NCBI GenBank assembly: GCA_951406725.2
Contig: OX597824.1
Coordinates: 7,192,001 to 7,256,000, forward strand
Direction: 5' to 3'
DNA from: Octopus vulgaris
Lineage: Eukaryota
DNA: 64,000 nucleotides
Below the pieces are notes generated by a model, which was not told where the DNA came from, did no database searches, and worked only from the letters and a program-made list of their open reading frames with translations. Positions 40,393 through 55,888 of this stretch are shown one piece after another (position 1 is the stretch's first letter; every line of letters begins with the position of its first letter). The position numbers were made by a program, and so were the translations under genes.

Positions 40393-41269
40393 ACAGGGTG
40401 CGGTGAATATATTGTCGTCTAAGTTATGCAAAAATCAAAATAACACTGGAATCTCATTCTAACAGATATATTTACCAAAATTACATAGAAATATTTTTAA
40501 ATATTAAAGAGTAACTTCATTCAATAAAATCACCCTTGGCTTCAACCACAGCCTCCAGACAACTTTGGAATCTCCTGCAACTCTTCTGGATGGTCTTCTT
40601 GTTTAAGTTGGTGAATGCTGCCATAATCCTTGCCTTCAATTCATCTTTGGTGTTACAACGAATTTTGTTAGTCACTCGCTCAACTACGCCCTGCACATAA
40701 TAATCGAGGGGGTTGCAATCTGGGGAGTTAGGAGGCCAGATGTTAGAGGTGTTGTGGTCACAGAAATTGTCTGATAGTCATGACTGGGTCCTCCTGCTTG
40801 TGTGGCATGGTGCAGAGTGCTGTTGCCAGACAGAGGGTCTTCCAGCAGCCACCTTCTTGACCCAGTGTAGCACTACCTCCTCCAGGCACTTGACATAGCC
40901 ATGTTGAATCTGAGGCCATGTGGAATGAAGAATGGAGGCATAATATCGCCAAAACTAGTAATCACTCCAAACACCATGATGTTCACTGGATGTTTGATTT
41001 TTATCATTCTCAGTACATGCACCGTCCTCTGATTTAATCCCAAACATTCTGAAATGTTCATATTGGAGGTTCCAGCATGAATACCAAGCAATATAGCATG
41101 TCATTTCCAAATTTCTGGCAAAGTGAAATGCATCATGGTGCTGTTTTTCTCACAGACAGTGCCCAACTGACCCTACTATACTGTGTAGTCAACAAAATAA
41201 AAAACAAACAATGCACATGCACGAAAGTAAAAATATAAAATGGCAACAATTTACCCATCGCACCTTCTA
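40393..41269 (-). mobile_element. Internally deleted, decayed Tc1/mariner DD37D (maT-type) transposon
   Basis: Minus-strand translation VWQQ(H)SAPCH...WPPNSPDCNPLDYYV...LEAVVEAKGDFIE*, with 37 residues between the (mutated) second D and the third D, plus a stop and a frameshift. Imperfect TIRs TACAGGGTGCG...attgtcg and TAGAAGGTGCG...attgttg. Confidence 0.85.
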
Positions 41270-41692
41270 TGTATATGACTATATGCACATGCACATATAT
41301 ATATATATATATATATCGTAGAGAACGAAGAAATATTCTTCTTTCTCTATTCTAGAAATTACTGGTAGTTATACATAAGTAAAACACAATCCTTAAATAT
41401 GTATATTATATTCTCATAATTGTTTAAAATAAATAAATAGACATAATATAATGTCTAACAATTGATGCATACCATCTCTGGATCCCCTCCATTTCCTTCT
41501 TGCCGTATAAACCAAGGGTAAAACCACTTGTTACCCTTACTCATTTATTACGCTCAACAGTATAATTGTCATGCAATAACCAACGCTTGTATATCAATAA
41601 TTGGGTATTCTACCAGCAGTATATTGGATATATACTATCCCTTACTTGGTTGGATTCACAACCTCTAGCTCTCTTTGAATTTTATATATATA

Positions 41693-42068
41693 CTAGCAGT
41701 ATCGCCCGGTGATGCTCGGGTTTGTTTCGACCCTTTAGAATTTTTGAAAAGTAAAAATTTGGCATTATGTAGTTTGTCATTCTTTTTAAGTGAACATTTT
41801 TCTGGTTGAAATACTCCGAAAAATAGCGACAGAGCAGTAAAAAAAATCGTAAAAAATAGGGATTTTCATAGAAAAAAAGCACCTTTTTGATGTAAATAAT
41901 TTTTGGTCTTAATATGGTCCAATTTGAATTTTATCTTCTACAGAATGAAGAGCAAGCCTTCTTCTATCATACTCTCAATTTTGGTCAACTTGTGCCACAG
42001 GGTCTCGGAGGAGATAGTGTTAGTTGAAGGCTACCAAACCTTCCATACACAGACAACTTCAGCTTTAT
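41693..42068 (-). mobile_element. Non-autonomous Helitron
   Basis: Minus-strand 3' end CCCGAGCATCACCGGG hairpin followed about 8 nt later by CTAG|T. The 5' end reads ataaagctgaagttgtctg. Confidence 0.65.
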
Positions 42069-43000
42069 GATCATCATCATCGGTTAGCATCCGCTTTCCA
42101 TGCTAGCATGGGTTGGACGGTTCAACTGGGGTCTTGGAAGCCAGAAGGCTGCACCAGGCCCAGTTTGATCTGGCAATGTTTCTACGGCTGGATGCCCTTC
42201 CTAACGCCAACCACTCCATGAGTGTAGTGGGTGCTTTTTACGTGCCACCGGCACAGGTACCAGACGAGTCTGGCAAACGGCCACGATCGGATTGGTGCTT
42301 TTTACGTGCCACCGGCACAGGTACTAGGTGAGGCTGGCAACGGCCACGAACGGATGGTGCTTTTTACGTGCCACCGGCACGGGGGCCAGTCGAGGTTGGC
42401 TGGCGACATATATATATACACACACACACACAGAGAGCTTATTCAAATAAGAAAGACAGAGATATGTAAATGTAAAACAGACACAATGCAGGGGGAGAAG
42501 CAGAGACGAGTGGCAGAGAACAAAGAATGAGAAGTAAATCTCAAAACAAAACATTCTTTACAGAAAAGTACAGAATTTCAAACTGATTAGGTTTTGTTTT
42601 TTTTTTTTCATTTAATTTTCTTTCTTAACATCATTAGTCAATTGTTATTCGAATCTGAATGTTAATAGAAATATAATCCTGCTAATTATTTTTTAAACCA
42701 TTTTTTTTTTCTTTCTCATTGTTTTCGTAGCTTTCATACTTTGTGTGCGTGCATATCTAATATGCAACTGATGTATGTATATATATATATATATATATAT
42801 ATACACTCAGCTTCCTCATCGCCATCCCCTGCAAGTCGCAATATGCTGTGACTGCCACCATGCAGCTTTTTTTAAAGACTCACTGTATTAAATGATAACA
42901 GGAATCTTTAGAAACCATTCTCCATCATCTGATAGGTGTGCGAGTTTCTTTTGTGAGACACATCATGTGAACTCCATTTTCATTTTCATTTATATATTTT

Positions 43001-43046
<46 letters not shown>

Positions 43047-43139
43047 GCAGAGGAGGAGGAGGAGGAACCACGACAAAACCGTCAACAGCAGCAACAAAAA
43101 TATTAACAATGATGATAAATTCTTTTATTATTTGGAATA

Positions 43140-43998
<859 letters not shown>

Positions 43999-44200
43999 GA
44001 ATGATTTCATTTTTTGCAGAATCATGTCAAAACTATTTTGTATTTATTTATTTATTCTGTAGTAATAACGATGATCATAATATTCTAAATGATTGCATAT
44101 GGGTATTCCAACCTTAATTGATCTCATCAGGGTGCTATTGAGTTTTAATTTTAAATTTATATATTTATAGATATTAGATAAGTTTCTCAAAATCAAAAAT

Positions 44201-44248
<48 letters not shown>

Positions 44249-44409
44249 CTTCTCTCTCTCTATTTCTATTTTGATAATTTGATAAAAAAAATAAGAAAAG
44301 CTTTCTTTATTGCAAAAACTTATCTGATTTCCATAATTCTGAAATTAAAATCCAATATTGCTCTTATGAAATCAATTAAGGTTAAAATATGTTTAGGCAA
44401 TTCAAAAGC

Positions 44410-44448
<39 letters not shown>

Positions 44449-44549
44449 CATCATCATCATCATCATCATTATTATCATTATTATATTACTGTCATTATCA
44501 CAGTGAAATAGATAAAAATGAACGACTTTTCAAGATTCCCTCCTTCACA

Positions 44550-44615
<66 letters not shown>

Positions 44616-44646
44616 TGTAATAATAATAATTGTAATAATAATAATA

Positions 44647-44785
44647 TTAGGTTGTCCCAAAAGTTCGTAAACACTTGCGAAAATTGAATTTTTACTCGCC
44701 AAGTACTAACAAAAACAACAAAAATTATTCCTCAAAATAAAGACCATTATTTTCCAAGACGTTCTACGAACTTTTGGGACAACCT

Positions 44786-44787
<2 letters not shown>
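44647..44787. mobile_element. Tc1/mariner-type MITE within (TAA)n
   Basis: Perfect 21-bp TIRs AGGTTGTCCCAAAAGTTCGTA / TACGAACTTTTGGGACAACCT, TA-flanked. Confidence 0.85.
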
Positions 44788-44826
<39 letters not shown>

Positions 44827-45132
44827 TAGTAATAATAACAATAGTAATACCAAGAGCACTCAGAAAGCTCAAACCTCTGCCAAAGCAACACCAACATCCT
44901 CTCAATGATTTAGCCAGAAATGATTTTTAAAATGAGAATATCTGAACAGTTCGCACAAACAAGAATAAAAGTGAACCCAAAAACTCTCAAAAATTAAGTA
45001 AAAAGCCAGGAGAAATAATTCAGAATCCTTGTCCGGTATTTGATTAATCCCAATGGTAGACATGGACAGTGAAAGTGGGTGTGCAGGACATGTTTGTAAT
45101 GCTGTGTGGGAACAGGGACAGTTTTCTCTATG

Positions 45133-45200
<68 letters not shown>

Positions 45201-46014
45201 CCTTTCTATTAGGAAATAATCCTTAATAATAATCCTTGCTATTAGGACAAGGCCTGAAACTTTGGGGGAGTGGGGCCAGCCAATTACATTGACCCCAGTA
45301 TGGGAGTGGTACTTAATTTATCAACTCCGAAAGGATCAAAGATAAAGTCGACTTTGGCAGAATTTTAACTCAGAACATAGCGGCAGACTAAGATCATTCT
45401 TAGAAATGCTTTTAAAGGATTCCCTGTTACCATTTTGTATGGTAGGTTTTTTTTAAAAAACTGCAAAGGTGACAAAAGTAGAAGCAACCATAGATGCCAC
45501 AGGAAGAAGAATGTGGGAAACCACGAGTATACTTGCTTGCCTAACAGACACACACACACACATGCATACATAAATCCACTCACAAGGCTTTGCTCAGCCC
45601 AAGACTGTAAAAGACATTTGCTCAAGGTGCTATACATGCAGATTGGTCAAAACCATATTCCAAAAATTCTAAGGGACACAAAAAGGAACAAGTCCGTCAC
45701 TTTACTACACTTGCCAAGAACTCAGCTGTCAGTTGAATACATTTTGAAATCTGATGATTTCTACAAACGTATGAAAGCGTTAATTGAACTTTATAAACAT
45801 TACAATATATTTTTTTAATGCTTAACACATTTCAACATCGTAAAAAAAATCTTGGTTTTAAATACCATAATAAAAATGTGTAAACTAGACCATGTTTTAA
45901 ATTCATTCAACTGATATATTATTCAATACACATTTACAGAAATTTGGAAAAAATATTGATATATATATCATCATCATCATCATCGTTTAACGTCTGTTTT
46001 CCATGGTAGCATGG

Positions 46015-46071
<57 letters not shown>

Positions 46072-46584
46072 CTATATATCGTCATCATCATCATCGTTTA
46101 ACGTCCAATTTCCATGCTGGCATGGGTTGGACGGTTTCACTGAGGACTGGTGAGCCAGAAGGATGCACCAGGTTCCAATCTGATCTGGCAGATTTCTACA
46201 GATGGATGCCCTTCCTGACACCCATATATATATATATAAAGAAGCACTCCGTCGGTTGCGACGACGAGGGTCCCAGGTGATACGATCAATGGAACAGCCT
46301 GCTCGTGAAATTAACATACAAGTGACTGAGCAATACACAGACACGAGTACTCTTAACATAGTTTTCAGGGAGATTCAGCATGACACAAAGTGTGACAAGG
46401 CTGGCCCTTTGAAATATAGGTACTACTCATTTTTGCCAGCTGAGTGAACTGGAGCAACGTGAAATAAAGTGTCTTGCTCAAGGACACAACATGTCACTGA
46501 GAATTGAACTCATGACCTTACGATCTTGAGCGGAATGCCCCTAACCACTGAGCCACATGCCTTCACACACTTACACATATATAT

Positions 46585-46626
<42 letters not shown>

Positions 46627-48914
46627 GAGGAGAGATAATGTCTTTATAGCAATGTTCATCGTTGACAGATATGAGCTGTGATATTTTGCCAGATGTGTAA
46701 TTCAAGATCCCACCCCCCCCACCCCGATACCATGTCACTTACTTCTGCTTCATAGTTTCCTTTTTGTCTTGTTGTTTGTGTGCTTCTTGCTGTTTTTAAC
46801 AGCTTATCAGTTTCTGTAAGCTTTTATTTCATTAATCCAAACAGATTATTGAGATTTCATTGTTAGTACTTTCAAAGAAAACAAAAAAAAAAAAAATACA
46901 AGTTCTAGATATTTCTATCTGCAATAGTTTTATGCTTCGAAGGCTTCCGCCCGTCCCCCTTCCATTCATTTCCTAGAAATGATTTGATTTACTTGACTAA
47001 TACTGAAATGTCTATAGAAAGTCATGCTTTAGCTTTACAGACAAAGAAAACCACAGGTTTATCATTAACACCTTGTCAATATGCTCTGCTTTATTCCGCT
47101 CTCATTATGGATGTTTTTTTTTGGGGGGGGGTCTTTTGGAGGATTTTTTCTTATTGTTTGTCATGTGACGTCGTATCACACATTTATGAAAAAAACGTTT
47201 TGTCAAATTTCCAGTGGACATAAGCGTATCTATGTGTATGTGTGTGCGTATGTATGTATGTATGTATGTGAGTATGTATATGTATATGCATATGTGTTTT
47301 ATATATATAAACGATGATGATGATGATGATGATGATATATATATATATAGTATATGTGTGTGTACATATATTTATGTATATATGTGAGCATGTGTGTATA
47401 TATATATATATATATGATGTATAATCCATGTGAGTGGATCTGGTAGATAGAAACTGAAAGAATCCCATAGTATGTACATATGTGTCTGTGTGTGTTCGTG
47501 TGTACCTTTGCCTTGACTTCGTTTGGTGGTTATAAAAATAAGCATCACTATCATGCAAGCAGTTACCATTATTTAACGTCCATTGTCCATGCTGGCATGG
47601 GTTGGATGGTTTGACCAAGGCTAGCAAGCTGGAAAGGCTGCACCAGACCCCAGTCTGATTTGGAATGGTTTTCTATGGCTGGATGCCCTTCCAAATGCCA
47701 ACCACTACAAGAGAGTAATGGGTGCTTTTGTGTGCCACCGGCATGGGTGCCATTTGTGTGACACTGTTACCTGCCATGACTGTGGTTTTACTTGGTCTGA
47801 TGGGTCTTCTGTGAAAAACATGTCTGGCCAAGCGGGAATATTACCTTGCTTGGAAACAGGTGAGGGTCAGCAACAGTAAAGGCTCCCAACCATAAAGAAA
47901 TCTTCCTCAACAAATTGCACCTGACCATGCATCATCATCATCATCATCGTTTAACGTCCGCTTCCCATGCTGGCATGGGTTGGATGATTTGACTGAGGTC
48001 TGGAGAGCCAGTGGCTGCACCAGACACCAATCTGATCTGGCAATGTTACCACAGCTGGATGCCTTTCCTAATGCCCAAGAGTGTAGTGGGTGCTTTTTAC
48101 GTGCCACTGGCACAGGGACCTGTCTGGCGGCACTGGCATCGATCACATTCAGATGGTGCTTTTTACATACCACACCACAGGAGTCAGTCAGGGGTTACTG
48201 GCATGATATACAAATAGACTAAGTGATAATGGTAACGATGATGAACTTAATGAATGCTCTTTAGCTGCTTTACGTTCTCAATCTATCAAAAACAATTATC
48301 AGGATAATTAAATTCTTCAATTCTGATTTTGCACATTTGCGACAGGATTTCATGAACGTGAAGCAAGGGGAATGGTGAGGATTACAACTGAATATCGATA
48401 AGATCTAATTAGAATCAAAACAAGTAAACACTGGGGAATATTTTGTGACAAAATGGAATACATAAATTTATCAGCAGACATCAATGTTTGTCTTAAGAGT
48501 CAAAGAATTACAGAATCAGGGTAGAAAGCAATAAATATTAAGATGTCAGTGAGTTCGAGAAATTAATCAGAAGCACCAAAGTATTATTCCAAAAAATAGA
48601 ATCAATTTGACTAATATCAAAATGCTGCACTGGAAAACAAGTTAGGAAAATACTGTGTGAATCTAGTGCAGTGCTTTTCAAGGTGGGGCCAGACCACCAC
48701 TCTTGAATGGAGAACACTGGAAAGTTTTATATGACTAATGAGCACAACGGAAGTGGTAGTGTGTGGGGGAGGGGAGGTGCAGCCTTTTCGTCTTTGTTTC
48801 TTATCCTCCTCATTGTTGTCATCATCATCATCAGTATTGTCATTGTCATCGCCATCATCGTCATTTCCATCATCATCATGACCATCACCACCACCATCAA
48901 CAACAACAAAAGAT

Positions 48915-49107
48915 GGCAGGACGCAGCGACACAGATCAATGCAGACTCTGTAACAAGGAGGTGGAATCTGCAGAACATCTCTGGCTGAGATGTCCGGCCC
49001 TGATGGTGGAATGCCATACCCGCCAACTAGGGGCTACAATGGATGAGATGATTCGTCTCCCTTCCGTGGTTCTAGCGCTTCTGAAAGTTATCCTCCAGGA
49101 GGAATAG
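48915..49107 (+). mobile_element. Non-LTR retrotransposon C-terminal CCHC zinc-finger fragment (I/R1/Nimb-like)
   Basis: CRLCNKEVESAEHLWLRCP motif followed by a short C-terminus. Confidence 0.6.
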
Positions 49108-50374
49108 GATGTTGAGGCGTTTACACCTTTCCAAAATATAGGTAATTAGGTAATTAGCCTATCCTCACCTGTAGCTGTGAATGCTGGGTAATGATTGAAA
49201 GAGTACAATTGTGAATACAAGTGACCAAGATGAGGATTCTCCAAAGGGTCTCTGGAGTAATGTTACTCAACACGGTGCATAGCTCAGAGCATCTCTCCAG
49301 GTCAAGCCACTACTTCTCCACATTGAGAGGTCACTGATCACAACAGACATGATTAGAATTTTGTAGGAAAGAATCACAAAGCAGATTCTTCAAGACTTAA
49401 GAGTAAACCAAGAACAAGATGTTTGCTTAATACCCAGAGTTTCGGTCAGTCACACCTTGAGAATCCAGCCAGAAAAATCTGATGACATCTGCTTTCAATG
49501 AGACCCAGTAGAGAGGGTACCTGGGAATTCTACCCCAATGACAATCCCAGGAATAGTCGACAGAGAAATTGGATTAGTGGATGGATAAGTAAATGGCTGC
49601 AAAGCTACCAACTTCCAATGCATTCCAAAACGCCACAATGTTTTTGGCCCAAATTGTAATGTCTCCAGGCAAATGACAAATTCCATTAAAACAACATTTT
49701 TTTTTTTAAAGTGAAACCAATTTCGAAAACTTTCAACCATAATTCCTTCAAAAGCAAAAAGCTATAAAATGGTAAATTCATACAGCAATACAGAAAGTTA
49801 TAATGTAGCAACAAGGAAGCACCATAAAAATGTGCTTCAAACAGGAATTCAGCAATGGATATATATTGAAAATCATGACAGACTAGGAGAGAGAGAGAGA
49901 GAGGAAATCAAAGAACAATGGACATAGACAGGCACAGCATGTAGTTGTGAATATGGTGTAATTATTTTATACATATTGCGTCTGAGTTTGTTTAAACATG
50001 AAACAGAGATTTCCAAAAATGCCATGAGAAGAGAATGTTAACATTTAATCCTATCTTTATGATAGATTCAAGTAAATGTGTGTACCCTATCTGCCAATCT
50101 GTTCAAACAACAAGATGGAGGAAGTTGGGATTTTCAGTTGAAGAAAAGAAAAGGGGAAAAAAAGGGAGAACAAAAAACAGGTGTGAAAAGAAACTTTTAC
50201 AGTAATTGCCAATGAAAACACTGGTGCTTAGCAATATATTACGACAGACAACAACGAATGGAGAATAATATCTATAGTGAGATAGATGGGAACATATATA
50301 TATATGTATGTATATATATATATATATATATATATAGATATATAAATAAATATATATATATATATATATATAAT

Positions 50375-50430
<56 letters not shown>

Positions 50431-50450
50431 ACATATAGATATATATATAA

Positions 50451-50486
<36 letters not shown>

Positions 50487-50764
50487 AAATATATATATTT
50501 ATATATACATATTTATATACATGTATATATATACTCACACATATACAGATGTGTGTGTATATATATATATGTTTGTATACACACACCGACACAAACACGA
50601 TATATATATGTGTGTGTGTATGCATGTATATGTGTATATATATATATGTGTGTGTGGGTGTGTGTGTGTGTATGTATGTATGTATGTATGCATGTATGTG
50701 TATATATATATATGTGGGTGTGTGTGTGTATGTATGTATGTATGTATGTATGTATGTGTGTGTG

Positions 50765-50860
<96 letters not shown>

Positions 50861-51663
50861 TGAGAAAATAAAGATTCATATCTAGAGAACAGGTAATTCA
50901 GACAGATTCTGGATGAACTCACACACAAACAAACTTTATCACAGCGAACATAAATCAAAATATTTGCAAACTTTCTTATTTTATCTTAACTCTGAGTATT
51001 TTATCGGTGATTTGCGGTTTTTTTGGCTTCTGTTTGTTTCACGTTTTTTCCTTTATTTTTTTTTCATTTTTTCTTTAAGTCTTGGTGATTACATACGAAA
51101 GATTCAGATAGTTTTTTTATATACAGTTACCTAATCTGCAAGAAATGACAACCAAATTTAAATCAATTACCACCCAGGTATATTTTTATAAACAACGAAC
51201 GTAAGATATCACAGACCTACAGGATCTTAAAATACAGGATGATTGGGATTAAAAGGTTGTTGATCAGAAGCCAATTTGATTACAACAGACTTGGAGCTAA
51301 ATGAAGACAGTGGATTTTGGAAATTTCTTTAAAAAAGTATTATACCCAATACCATGTTTTACATTTGAACAAAAATGAAAACACCGAAATTATATTTAAT
51401 ATTTATTTTTTTATTCTGACAAATATAATTATACGTCAAATCTGTTTTCATGACTATGTAATTATAGTATGGATGTATATATATGTATATATATGTACAC
51501 ATACACACACACACACATATATATATTCACACACATACATACACAAATGCATATATCTGTATACGTACAAGCACATACATATCATCATTATTTAACATCC
51601 GGTATCTATGCTGGCATATACATACATATATACACATATGCATACATACACATATACATACAC

Positions 51664-52172
51664 ATCATCATCATCATCATTCATTTAACGTCCGCTTTCC
51701 ATGCTGGCATGGGTTGGACGATTTGACTGAGGACTGGCAAACCAGATGGCTGCACCACGCTCAAGTCTTGATCTGGCAGAGTTTCTACAGCTGGATGCCC
51801 TTCCTAATGCCAACCACTCCAAGAGTGGAGTGGGTGCTTTTACATGCAGTCTGGCCAGTCTCGTGGTATTGGCAATGGCCACTCTCAAAATGGTGTTTTT
51901 TACATGCCACCTGCACAGGAGTTAGTCCAGCAGCACAGGCAATGACCTTGCTTGAATGTTGTGTTTCACATGCCACTGGCACAAGTGCCAGTAAGGCAAC
52001 ACTGGTAATGATCGCGCTCAAATGGTGCTTTTTACGTCCCCACTGGCATGGAAGCCAGACAGCTGCTCTGGCAGTGATCCCGCTCGGATGGAGCTGTTAG
52101 CGCTTCACTGGCACAGGTGCCAGTCATCAAATCTGGTTCAATTTCGATTTCACTTGCCCCAACAGGTCTTCG
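51664..52172 (-). mobile_element. RTE-derived 3'-UTR element with (CAT)n end (other copies ~30341-30720, 42070-42405, 46080-46220, 47570-47810, 47931-48205; plus-strand ~14210-14400, 21040-21275, 33290-33805, 35390-35541)
   Basis: Recurrent catcatcgtttaacgtccgctttccatgct..gcatgggttggacg...ctggatgcccttcctaatgccaac. Confidence 0.75.
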
Positions 52173-52242
52173 CATACATACATATATATCATATACACAT
52201 ATACAGAATATGTACACACACACACATACATACATACATGCA

Positions 52243-52830
52243 GAAGGGATAGACCTAAGATGACATGGGACAAAGTGGTAAGAAAGGACCTTCAGATGCT
52301 GGGTCTCACTGGGGAGATCACAAGGGATTGGGAGATGTGGTCATCTGTAGCACTTAAGAAGACACATCGAGCTAAGTCAAACCACAGCCATCCATACATA
52401 CATGCTTACCCTTTGCAGGTGTCAGGGCCACATAAAGTGCACTCATGCTGGTACTGAGTAAGCGTATCTGTGCTGGTGGCATGTACAGGGCACCCAGCAC
52501 ACTCTGTGAAGTGGTTGGCATCTGTAAAGTGTGAGATTGTAAGGACACTTTAGTTCTGCTGAGAACATGACACCCCTCCAGTGCTGGTGCCACAAGAAAG
52601 GCACCCCATATACACTTTAATGTGGTTCGTATAAGGAAGGGCACCCAGCAATAGAAAGCAAGCCAAAAATGAAATGTAGGCAAGATAAGATTTTCAACCC
52701 ATCCAGATAAGTAGTATCATTTGAATACATAGTGACTGTAGCCATGGAAACCAGCTTCAATCCATGGTAACATAAAAAGCAGATGTAAAAAAAAATAATG
52801 ATGACGATGATGATGATAATAATGATGATG
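52243..52830 (+). mobile_element. RTE LINE 3' end plus UTR and (GAT)n tail
   Basis: RPKMTWDKVVRKDLQMLGLTGEITRDWEMW, followed by UTR motifs (gtgctggtgccac, aagcaccc, ggaagggca). Confidence 0.7.
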
Positions 52831-53333
52831 AAGTGTGGGTAAGCATGTGTGTGTATGTACTTGTGTGTGCTTATGTATGCCTGTGTGTGCTTATGTCATC
52901 CCCCTCCACACACACACACACATCTCCCATACTTTTCCTTGCATAAAGCTGCCTCTCTCAGCATCCATAGCCTCGCAAGCTGCATGGCGACCTCATTAGT
53001 GCTGGTGGCACAACCAATGCACCCAGCACACACTGTGACTGGTAATAAGGACAGCATCCAGCCAGAGAACCCAGGCTAAAGAAGTCTGGAGCATAATGCA
53101 AGCCTTGGGCCCCATCAGATCCTATCAAACAATCTGATCCATGCCAATATAGAACATAGGCATTAAAGGATAGCTGCGTGGTAAGTAGCTTGCTAACCAG
53201 CCACATGGTTCCTGGTTCAGTACCACTGCGTGGCACCTTGGGCAAATTCTTCTACTATAGCCTTGGGCTGACCAAAGCCTTGTAAGTGGATTTGGTAGGC
53301 GGAAACTGAAAGAAACATTGTATATATACATAC

Positions 53334-53368
<35 letters not shown>

Positions 53369-54440
53369 AAACACAAAAATTCAGGGTGAATACTTGATAA
53401 TTGTAAGCACCTGTATATACCATTTGGTGTGCTGGTGGCACAACAAATCAATATAAAAACATGATGCCAAGGATTCAGCAGTACATATGTTTCGGGCCTT
53501 TATTAGACGGATTTATAACAATACATAATGTGTGCTGGTGCCCCACTCTGTTGTATGCGACTGTGAGGATTTGCATCCATGCCAATATAGAACATAGGCA
53601 TTAAAGGATAGCTGCGTGGTAAGTAGCTTGCTAACCAACCACATGGTTCCTGGTTCAGTACCACTGCGTGGCACCTTGGGCAAATTCTTCTACTATAGCC
53701 TTGGGCTGACCAAAGCCTTGTAAGTGGATTTGGTAGAAAATAATATATATATATATATGTATATATATATACATATATATATATATACAGATATATGTAT
53801 GTATTGTATGGCTGCAGTCAAATAACAGAAACGAGTACAAGAAAGAATAAAAGAATATTATTTACGCATGTGTGTTTACATACGCAACAGAAGCTACATG
53901 AACGCTTGTACACATGCAGCTTATATGTTAGCTTGTGCATATACATTCGTATAAACTTGTGTAAAAGTCAAAAGCTTTCAGACTGAATTTTCTGGCAAAA
54001 TTTTAGTGGTGAACTTATTACATGAGTACAAAATTCGGTGTATAATCCTGATAGCCAAGCCAGTAGTAGCACTTCAAAAGCTCTTTAAAAAGTTCAAAAT
54101 GGAAAATAAATCAATGTAATATTCTAATGTAAACCAATAATTATCCATCAATAACTACATGTCCTACTAAGTATATTATGGCCCTGTAGCACTTATGAAT
54201 ATTTCTACTTGACGTTTTATTTCATAGCCATAGTACTGCATCACTTACCTGCATTAAGTCATACCTATTATATGCTACAGTTTGTCAGAGCTAAATTACA
54301 CAGTGAATGATAATGAATTCGTAAGCTAATTAAAACAATATATATATATTTATGCACAACACAGTCTAAATCAGAAGAACTGGTATAATTTTGGAGATTA
54401 CTCTATGCTATAAACATGTCGAGTAAAAAAGGAAAGTCTC

Positions 54441-54781
54441 AAGACAATCAGATACCGTCGTAGTTCCAACCATAAACGATGCCGACTGGCGCTCCACCGG
54501 TGTCTGCTTCGATGACCCGGCGAGGAGGCTGCATGGGAAACCATAGTCGGTTCCGGGGAAGTGGGGTATGGTTGTAAAACAGAAACTTAAGGGAATTGAC
54601 GGAAGGGCACCACCAGGAGAGGAGCCTGCGGCTAAATTTGACTCAGCACGAGAAAACTCACCCGGTCCGGACACCGGTAGGATTGACAGATCAATAGCTC
54701 TTTCTTGATTCGGTGGGTGGTGGTGCATGGCTGTTTTTAGGTGGTGGAGCGATCCGTCTGGTTGATTCCAATTCCAATAAC
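54441..54781 (+). pseudogene. 18S rRNA pseudogene fragment (~340 bp, central region)
   Basis: Universal SSU motifs ATCAGATACCGTCGTAGTTCC, AAACTTAAGGGAATTGACGGAAGGGCACCACCAGGA, ATTTGACTCA, GGATTGACAGAT and GGTGGTGCATGGC. Substitutions at normally invariant sites. No flanking rDNA. Confidence 0.92.
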
Positions 54782-55482
54782 AGACTGTTTCATGGCTTGT
54801 TGACCACTACTCAGAAAAGACATACCTAGCTTCTTTCCTGAATCAATAGCAGAGGTCAGCTAATATAAAGCAACCAAAAATTAGGCTGACACAATAGTGG
54901 ATAACCCAATTTAGCACAGTAATTATGGCCATTGATATTCTAACTGTATACAGATGATTAGAAACCCTAAAGTTTACTAATGAAAGTTATGGAATTTCAG
55001 AAGATTTGACAATGTAATTTGCTAATAAGGTTTCCCTTTCAGAAAAGATATATTTTCATTGGTAATGAAATGCATCTCACATGACACGACTGAATAATTT
55101 CCGAACAAACTCTTCTGGTTTGCTTGGCTTTTTTTCTATGCACATTCTCAGAGCTAACTTATCATAAGGGGCATTCACCAGAAACTTGAGCCATTATAAT
55201 ATGAGGCCATCTCATGTTTTCCTCTTTCGATATATAAGAACACACAAACAGAGTGCTAATTACTTGTTCTTTGTTTTGCAATGTAAATCACACTGCATGA
55301 TTATATATAAATGTGTGCGCGCGTGTGTGTGTGTGTGTGTGTGTGTGTGCATGTGCGTACGTGCGTGCGAGTGTGTGCGTTTGTATGGAAAGACTTGAAT
55401 CAAAAGCTCCACTGACACAGAGGAGTTTCCGATGATTTAGTGAAGTCAGAATTTCTTTGCTAAAATATAAAATCTGTAAAAT

Positions 55483-55556
<74 letters not shown>

Positions 55557-55857
55557 CATGTACATATATATATTGTATATATATATATTGTATATATATT
55601 AAATATATTATGCATTATGTAATATATATATATATTATATATATATTATATTATATATATATATTATATTATATTATATTATATATATATATATATATAT
55701 ATATTTTACATTATATATAGTGTATATTATATATAATATATATTATATACATATTATATATATATGTATGACATGGAGTGGCAACATTTGAATGCTAAAA
55801 AATTGTGACCAGCGATGTGTAGCAACATCTGAAAGCCTGGTCTGTCATGTGATCATG

Positions 55858-55888
<31 letters not shown>

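Noticed and set aside
54408-54728. 106-aa minus-strand ORF
   Set aside because: It is an antisense translation of the 18S rRNA fragment.
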